A DNA stretch of 64,000 nt from Rebecca billardiae RCC1528 (lineage: Eukaryota > Protista > Haptophyta), in the NCBI GenBank assembly GCA_965240325.2, contig OZ251230.1, positions 124,001 to 188,000 of the forward strand. The letters run 5' to 3'. The stretch's first letter is position 1. Every line of letters begins with the position of its first letter. Shown one piece after another: positions 56,450-64,000 of this stretch. Under the pieces are notes generated by a model. That model was not told the DNA's origin, made no database searches, and saw only the letters and a list, made by a program, of their open reading frames with translations. The position numbers and the translations under genes were made by a program.

Positions 56450-57941
56450 TCACACGGCCACCTCGCGGTCCGCGTCGAGCGGGGCGTTTGCGCCGGGCGG
56501 CACGGAGCGCTGGGGCCCTGCCTGCCCGCCCGACAGCTGCGCCTCCTTCTGCGCGCGCTGCGTGGCGGAGAGCAGCGGCACCGCGTCCCCCGCCTGGTCG
56601 TACGCGGTCGGTATCGCGTGCGTGAAGATGAGGTTGAACGGCGGGATCACAAAGATGATGAACGGGAGCGAGAGCAGCCCGTACGCCGTCTTGGCCCAGT
56701 ACCCGGTCGCGCGCAGCATCCAGGCATGCTCGGCCGTGAGCATGTGCGGCCGGCGCGCGGTGAGGCCGATCCACAGCAGCACGAGCAGGAAGCAGCACAC
56801 GTCGTACAGCATCAGCTGAGGGCGCGGCGGCGGCGCGCGTGCGCGCGGCGGGTGAGCCGTGCTCGGCGCGCACGCGGGGGCGAGCGCGGGACCGGCGGCG
56901 CACCTTGCGCAGGTAGCCGCCGGCGGTCGGGCGGTAGTGCGAGAGCTCGATCTCGTCTTCGGTCGGCACGTGCTTGCTCTCGTGCCCCGCGCCGTCCATG
57001 TGCACGCCGCCCTTCGCCTTGGAGTAGGGCAGCAGCAGGAAGCAGATCCAGCTGAGCAGCGCCTGCAGCGCAAACGCGCCCAGCTGGTAGTAGAAGTCGG
57101 CCTGCAGCCCCGGGCCTGGGCGAGGCGGGCACGCGCGCGCGCGCGACGCGGCGGCAGGGCGGCGTCGGCGTGCGCGCTCACGGGCGGTGGCGGGCGGCGC
57201 GCGGGCGGCGCTGCCCGCACCGTGCTTGTCGCACGTGTGGTGCTCGAGGTTGTTGCTCAGGCAGTAGATCGTCATCGCCGTGCCGATCAGCATGCCCAGG
57301 AAGCCGAGCGTGACGAACTGCAGCGACTTGAACTGCAGGATGAAGTTGATCAGCGTGTACTCGTCCCGCTTGTCCATCAGCAGGAACATCGTCAGCCAGA
57401 AGGTGAACATGCAGCCGTAGTACGGGACCGCAGACCACAGCACCAGCACCCAGTACGACGCCCAGCGCATCTGCTCCCACAAGGTCTTGTCGTGCGGGAG
57501 GAAGGAGTGCAGGAACCATGCGCGTAGCTTGCCCAGGCCACGCACGACGCGCGGCTCGCGCCACGCCTGCACCGGCCCGTCGAACTGCTCGTACACACTC
57601 GCCATCACGTTGCGCCTCACCTCTTCCGCCACGTCCGGCCACACGGCCTCAAAGGTAGCGGAGGTGAAGTCGCGCACGAAGCGCGGCGCCTTCTCGTCGT
57701 CGATCGACGCCTTGATCACCCCGCGCGACTCGTTCATCGCCCAGTCCACCGAGCGCTCCGCCGCCGACTTGATGCGATTCGTGACGGCGGTCTTGGCCTG
57801 CTTCTTCGTCTCGACCGCCCTCGCGACGGCCGCCTTGGTGCGCTCAGACTCGCGCACGTCCTGGGCCTTGCGCGAGGCGGTCGATGCGGCGCCTGTGAGG
57901 ACTGACGCGGCTTTGGAGAGCACGCCACCGCCCTTCGTCAT
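56450..57941 (-). CDS. uncharacterised multi-pass membrane protein, paralog B; exons 57941-57221, 57115-56904, 56815-56450
   Basis: Same motifs as paralog A. Removing two GT-AG introns makes it collinear with paralog A. Confidence 0.87.
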
Positions 57942-58216
57942 GGCCGCGCGCTGGCTCTGTCCCGGCCTCGCTGGTGGCCGATGAAGAAAGCGGCGGGGCG
58001 CCGATGGAGGTCGGAGCCGGCTGCGCGTCAGATCGAGCGGATGAGTACGATTGTGACTAACAAAGTCCGGGCGGCGTCATTTCGAACGAATCCGGTCGAC
58101 CGGCGGAAGGTTGATGACGGTTTGTCACAAAGAGAGAGCGCGCGCTGCCACTGGTCATCCCGATCGCGAGAGGACGAGGCGCGATTTGACTTCGTCCTCG
58201 CCGGCGCTCGGCCGAG

Positions 58217-58833
58217 ATGAGCGAGCAGCGCGAGATGGCGGAGGCGGCGTGGGCCAAGGCGGCGGAAGCGCGCGAGCGCGGCGAGACGGAGAAGGCGATC
58301 CGCATGGCCGAGAAGGCGCGCCGCCTCTGCGACGACCTCGGTGTCGACTTTGACGGCTTCATCGAGGCGGTGCGCGCCGAGGAGGCGACGCAGGCCGCCG
58401 GCGCGGGCGCGCAGGCGTCCCCCGACGCGGCAGAGGCGGAGAAGCCGGACTCGAGGGACTCGCGTGGGGAGCAGAACACGGGCCCCGCCGACCGCGCGGC
58501 TGAGTCCGCGGCGCTCATCCAGCGGCTGCTCGCGCCGGAGCTGAACCTGTACGAGCAGCTCGAGCTGCCGTACACGGCGAGCGCGCAGGAGGTGGAGCGG
58601 CAGTACCGCAAGCTGTCCAGGGCGTGCCACCCGGACAAGTGCCCGCACGCGCGCGCGACCGAGGCGTTCCGCGCGCTCAAGGTCGCCAAGGACACGCTGA
58701 GCGACGCGCAGACGCGCGCGCAGTACCTGCGCGATCTCGTGAGCAGCGGCGTGCGCGCGGCGATGAGCGCGTGTGCCGAGGCCGAGGCGATGGCGGCTGC
58801 GGAGGCGATCTACGCGCAGCGGCGGCAGCAGGA

Positions 58834-58888
<55 letters not shown>

Positions 58889-59773
58889 CACCAGCAGCAC
58901 CAGCCACAGACGCAGCAGCAACAGCAGCGCCACCAGCCGCCGCCGCCCGCGCCCGAGCTGAGCCCAGAGGAGCAGACGGTGCGGCAGGAGCGCTCCGCCT
59001 TCATGCGCTTCTCGCTCGACGCGCTGCGGCAGCACTGCAAGCTGCTCGGGCTGCGCTCGACGGGGAACAAGGGGCAGCTGGTCGAGCGGCTCGTCGAGCA
59101 CAACCACAACCAGCGCATGGCGGAGCAGCGCGAGCGCGAGCGGCAGGAGGCGGCCGCGGCCGCAGCGGACGCGCACGAGCGCGAGGAGGCGCGCGCGGCC
59201 ATCGGCCGGAACAAGTACGTGCGCCAGTTCATGCAGGAGGCGTTCGAGCCCGAGCTGCAGCCGACGCGCGAGGCGCTCGCGCGCGCGAGCGAGGAGCTCA
59301 TGCGCGCGCGCGCCGAGCTCGCCGACGCGCACGCCAAGCTGCGCGCCGAGGCGGAGGCGCGCGAGGCCGCGGAGGCGCGCGCCGCCGCCATCGCGCAGCG
59401 CGCCGCCGAGGTCGAGCACGCCGCGGCGGCCGCGGCGGCGCGGGAGGCGGCGGCGCTCGCGGAGAAGCAGCGGCAGGCCGCGGCGCACGCCGCGGCCGAG
59501 CAGTCCGCCGCCAAGGCGCTCGCCGCCGCCTCCGCACGCGCCGACGCCGCGGGCAAGAGCGCGGGCAGCGCGCGGACGGCGCTGGGCAAGCGCACAAAGG
59601 CGCTCGAGGCGGCCAAGGCCAAGGCCGCCAAGCTCGCCGAGGAGGCGGCCGAGCTGCGCGCGGAGCTCGCGCGGGTGCAGAGCGCGGCGAAGGCGCGCGG
59701 CGCCGCGTCGCGCGCGAACGAGCGCAAGCCCACCGCCGCCGGCGCCGGCTCCAAGCGCCAGCTCGTGCTCGAC

Positions 59774-59807
<34 letters not shown>

Positions 59808-61910
59808 GCGGCGGCGGCGGTCGTGCCAAGCTGGCGCGCGCAGGCAAGGGAGGCAAGCGCACGCCGGGCCCGAAGCCCGCGGCGCGCGCGGCCGCGGCGC
59901 CCGCGTCGTCGGCCCGCCCCGCCCGCCCGCCCGCCAAGCCCGCGCACCCCGCCGCCGCCGCGCTCGACACGTTCCCCGTGCACGGGCTGGAGGCGGGACG
60001 GTGCGCCCTCGCTGAGAAGAACGTGCCCGCGGCCGTGGCGGAGGCGGCGGCGCTGGGCGCGGCCGCACCGGACGGGCGGCCGGTGCGCGCGCTGGAGGAG
60101 TGGGCGCTCTTCCACGCGGACGGCTCGGCGGCGGGGCTCGACGGCCTGCTGCTCGCGCGCGCCGGCGCCGCCGCCGACGGCGCGGACGCGGCTCCGGACG
60201 ACGGCTGCGGTGCGGGACAGGGCTACCTGTACGCAACAGGATGGCTGCCGGCAGGATGGCTGCCGGGCCACGAGCCGGCCGCGCGCCGCACCGCAGTCGA
60301 GCTGCGCCGGCTGCGCGCCGTGCGCGTCGAGGCGCTCGAGGGCGGCGCGGTGGGCGCGGGCGCGGGCGCGGCTGGCCTGCGCGTGCTCGTCCGCACCAAG
60401 GCCTGCTGGTACGCGCTCGGCGTCGCCGCGCCCTCGCACGAGCCGCACGCGGCCGCGCTGCGCCGAGGGCTGCGGCTCGGCCGCGCGCTGTGCGCGCTCG
60501 CGGACGGCGGCAGCATCGGCGTGCCCTCCGTCGCCGAGCTGCGCGCCGAGCGGCTGGGCCTCAGCCTCGACCTGAGCGGCAGCGCGCCCGCCGCCGGCGC
60601 CGGCGCCGGCGGCGCGAGCGCGGAGGACGCGCGCCACGTGCACTTCGACCTGGCGAGCGCGCTCGCGCACCGCGAGCCGATCGTTCACGTGCTGCGCGCG
60701 CACGCGGCGCACGCGCGCGGCCGCGGCGCGGACGAGGCGCGCGCGCTCGCGGACGAGCTGGCGCGGCCGGCGAGCGCGGCCGGCGCGGTGGTGGCGGCGG
60801 AGCTGCGCGCCGCGCTCGCCGAGCTGCCGGGCTGCGTGCGCGGCGGCGCCGACGCGCTGCGCCCGGCGCTCGACCTCGTGGCCGACCTCGAGGCGTGCGC
60901 GGCCGCGCCCGCCAACCGCTCGCACGCGGCAGCGCTCGACGCGGCGCGCGCGGGCGCGCGCTGCGTCAACGCGATCCTGGCCGCGCTGGACGACGCGGCG
61001 CCGGCGTCGATGCGGCGCACGCCGCGCCTCGCCGAGCCGGACGACGCCGCGCTCGGCGAGGCCGCCGAGGCCGCCCTCCGCCTCCTCCTCGCCAACGTCG
61101 AGCGGCTGCGCCTCGACGCGCGCGCGCACGCACACCCGCCGACGGCCACGCCCGCCGCGCACGCGCACGCGCCGCTGCGCGCGGCCGACGGCGCCGACGT
61201 CGAGATGGCGGAGGCGGCCGGGGCCGAGGCGGGTGCGGGGGGCACGCACAGCGCGGCCCCGCGCGCCGAGGCCGGCGCAGCGCCCACCACCCCCGCGCCC
61301 AACGCACCGCCAGGCGCGCGCGGCGAGGGTCTCGACACCGCGGCCGAGCGCGCCAACGGCCGCGCGGACGGCGCGCCGCCCTCGCGCGGAGAGGCGGAGG
61401 CGGCCGCAGTGCCTGAGGAGCTGCGCGCGCGCATCGCCGCCATCGTACGCGCGCGCGCCGCGCACCCCGCGCGCGCGCGTGCCGCGTGCGCTCGCCGCGC
61501 AGCGCCTGAGCCGCGCGCCCGCCCCCGCCCCGTGCGCGCGTCCGTCGGCGCAGGCGGAGCGCGTGGTGGGCGGCGCGCACGGCGGCGGCTGCAGCGTGAC
61601 CTTCAAGCACACGGTGCAGCTGGTCACGGCGCAGCTGGGCGAGGGGCACAGCAAGGCGGCTGTGAAGGCGGTGCTCAAGGCGGAGCTGCCGCGGATCGTG
61701 CTCGCCCGGCGCGAGCTGCTGCGCGCGAGGGCGGAGAGCGCGGGTGCGGCGGACGGCCCGGCGGGCAAGGAGAACGCCGAGGCCTCGGAGGCCGAGCACG
61801 CGCGCGACGCGGCGGAGCGCGAGGGCGCCGCGGGGCGGAGCGCGTCGTGCTCGTCGCGGCCTGCTCAGCCGCTGCCTGCGCTGCAGCCCAGCGCGGGCAT
61901 GGCGATGTGA
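58217..61910 (+). CDS. DnaJ-domain protein with polyQ, SAP domain, coiled coil, RFTS-like and DEK_C-like regions; intron 61445-61553
   Basis: J domain NLYEQLEL...YRKLSRACHPDK...AFRALKVAKDTLSD; SAP FSLDALRQHCKLLGLRSTGNKGQLVERL; RFTS-like RPVRALEEWALFHADG...LYATGW...VRTKACWYAL; after splicing ELRARIAAI|AERV...VTFKHTVQLVTAQLG...AVKAVL. Confidence 0.85.
58826..58928 (+). repeat. coding (CAG)n polyglutamine tract
   Basis: Directly visible CAG run, in frame with the DnaJ gene. Confidence 0.95.
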
Positions 61911-62308
61911 CAGGCGCCGAGAGGCAGCAAGCAAGACTCACGCGCGGCCAAGAGGGCCGACCTGCAGACGCCAGACTGTGCCAGCCGTGCCCGGGTGCGA
62001 TGTGGCCGTGCGGCGTGCATTCCTGTGGCCGCAGCCGCAGGGCCGCAGGCGCAGGCCGCGGGCCGCGCGCGGCCGCGCCCGCGGTCCATCAGTGGCATGT
62101 TGCGCAGAGTATGCACATTCTCGCTGTCGCATGTGGGAGTTTGGCACTGATTGTAGCAGTAGGTGCCGCTTAGACTGACTCTGAGCTCTTACCGGCTAGT
62201 CAGGGAGTCCGACGGCCCGCCCCGGCGCCGGCCGGCAAGCGCGCCGGCCACCGGACCATGGCCCATGCACCGCGCGGGCGGGGGGCGCGCCGACCGGCGG
62301 CGACCGGG

Positions 62309-62418
62309 CCCGGGCGGGCTGCTCGAATTCTCGAAAGCCGACGAGTTATTAATATTGGCCCGGGCTTGCCCGGGGCCCCGGGCGGGCTGCTCGAATTCTC
62401 GAAAGCCGACGAGTTATT
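62309..62418. repeat. two exact 42-bp direct repeats upstream of NSE4 (62309-62350, 62377-62418)
   Basis: CCCGGGCGGGCTGCTCGAATTCTCGAAAGCCGACGAGTTATT occurs twice. Confidence 0.92.
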
Positions 62419-62570
62419 GCGGCCATATTTTGGTCCAAGGGTGGGCAGTCCGGAGCCCTTCCGCTTTGGTTCCGGACGGGGGAGAAAGAAAGGCCGTTGA
62501 CCAACTCGCCGCTCACGCGCGCGGAAAAGCCAAAGCCGGAAGGCGGGCAAAGCAAGCGGCACTGGCGGAC

Positions 62571-63825
62571 ATGGCGCAGAGCGCGCAGCCCGACGCCGAT
62601 GGCGCCGATGTGCAGGACGCGGCGGAGGTGCGGCGGATGGTGCGCGAGAAGATGGCGGAGATGAAGGCCCAGGAGGAGTCGCTGACGCAGACCGACAACA
62701 CGCTCCTCAAGGACAAGGTGCAGGACCTCAACCGGCTGATGCAAAAGTCCAAGGAGGCGGCGGCGTCCGCGGTCACGCGCAACTCCGCGCTCGACTCGTC
62801 GGCGATCCTTGTGGCCTCCGGGCTCGGCGTCGCGCAGTCGGGTAACTTGCACAAGCGCACGTCCAAGGACTTCATCGTCGGCCTGAAGCGCAAGTTCGGC
62901 GTCATCGCCGACGAGCCGACGCAGGGTGAGCGGCCAGACGCGCTCGACTCGGAGAAGCTCGACTGGGACAGCCTCGGCAGCTTCGCGGCGCGGCTGTTCA
63001 AGCGCCCGCCCACGTGGGAGAACGCGTGGGATGCGACGCTGTACGAGCACCCCGAGAAGGTGCGGACGGCGCGCCGAGAGCGCAGACAGCGCGCGCGCCC
63101 GCTCGCCCGCTGACCACCGCTCGCGCGCGGCGGACCGCCGCGCCCCCTCGTGCGGCGCGCAGGTGCGCCAAAAGCAGCAGCGGCGCGCGAAGGGCCCGAT
63201 CGCGGAGGCCGTGCGCCCCGAGGAGCAGACGAAGGCCCAGGTCAACGAGCAGGAGGACCAGACGCAGACGCGCCGCACCAAGGTGATGCGCGACAAGATC
63301 GCCGCCACGCACGCCGAGCGCGTGCGCGCGCTGCGCGTGCCTGTGGACACGCCCACGATCAACTTCTTCCACCTCGTGCTCAACAAGGACTCGTTCAGCC
63401 AGACGAGTGCGCGCGCGCGCCGCTGCTGCCGGCTGGCCCGCTCGGCGCGAGCGCGCCCATCCGCGAGCGCGCGCCACGCTGACGCCGCTCGCGCTCCGCC
63501 GGCCGGCCTCGGCGGCGCCGCCCGTGCGACGCGCTGCGCGGCGGGTGCGCGCGCAGTCGAGAACATCTTCGACATCGCCTTCCTCGTCAAGGACGGCGTG
63601 CTGCACCTGGGGACGAGCAGCGACGGCGAGCCGATGCTCGCGCCGCGGAAGCCGCCCTCGCAGAGCGACTACGACGGCGGCCTGCAGAAGGTGCAGAACA
63701 TTCTGCGCATCGACCACCCCACCTACCTCGAGCTGTGCCAGCGCTACTCGGCAGAGCTCACCGACGCGCGCCGGCTGCTCAAGACGCGCCCGCCGAGCGA
63801 CGCGCGACGAGGCCGCGGTCAGTAG
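62571..63825 (+). CDS. NSE4: SMC5/6 kleisin subunit NSE4; introns 63060-63162 and 63407-63556
   Basis: TRNSALDS, LDWDSLG, and after splicing INFFHLVLNKDSFSQTIENIFDIAFLVKDG, the Nse4 C-terminal signature. Confidence 0.9.
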
Positions 63826-64000
63826 GCGCGCGGCGCGGCGCGGGGGCTGCGGGCTCACGCGGCTGGCGCGCTCAGGCCTGCATGACGCACGTCTGTGCGT
63901 GCGGCATCGGCCCTGACGACCCGCTGCGTGACCACGCACGCCGACGGGTGGCGAGACAGAGGGAGCGGCCAACAGTTACAGCTGGTGCGGTCCGACCTCT

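Overview
Eukaryotic, very GC-rich genomic DNA with short, (CG)-rich spliceosomal introns (GT-AG and GC-AG, CTCAC/CTGAC branch sites). The style suggests a haptophyte alga such as Pavlovales, but this is inference only. Most six-frame ORFs are GC-bias shadows. About 22 real genes are supported: MTFP1, a coiled-coil protein, a CYP120-like P450, a RhoGAP-PDZ-SAH protein, squalene synthase, TMEM14, a run of four secretory-pathway glycan enzymes (GT-B-like glycosyltransferase, sulfotransferase, XEG113-like GT77, Methyltransf_24), a multi-TM TIR/HET-like protein head-to-head with a protein kinase whose C-lobe is interrupted by hydrophobic segments, a 4-TM protein, an F-box/RCC1 protein, a tiny FLZ zinc-finger protein, a second coiled-coil protein, SEY1/RHD3, TSR1, two tandem membrane-protein paralogs, a DnaJ-polyQ-SAP-RFTS-like-DEK_C-like protein and NSE4. 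Non-coding features include a 4.67-kb non-autonomous element with 848-bp inverted repeats and a target-site duplication, an intronic telomeric insertion flanked by a 26-bp duplication, TA-microsatellite-associated inverted repeats around the methyltransferase, and several short dispersed repeats. The best candidates for new biology are the TIR/HET-like receptor plus membrane-interrupted kinase pair and the glycan-tailoring gene cluster. All domain calls are by eye from motifs; no database searches were run.
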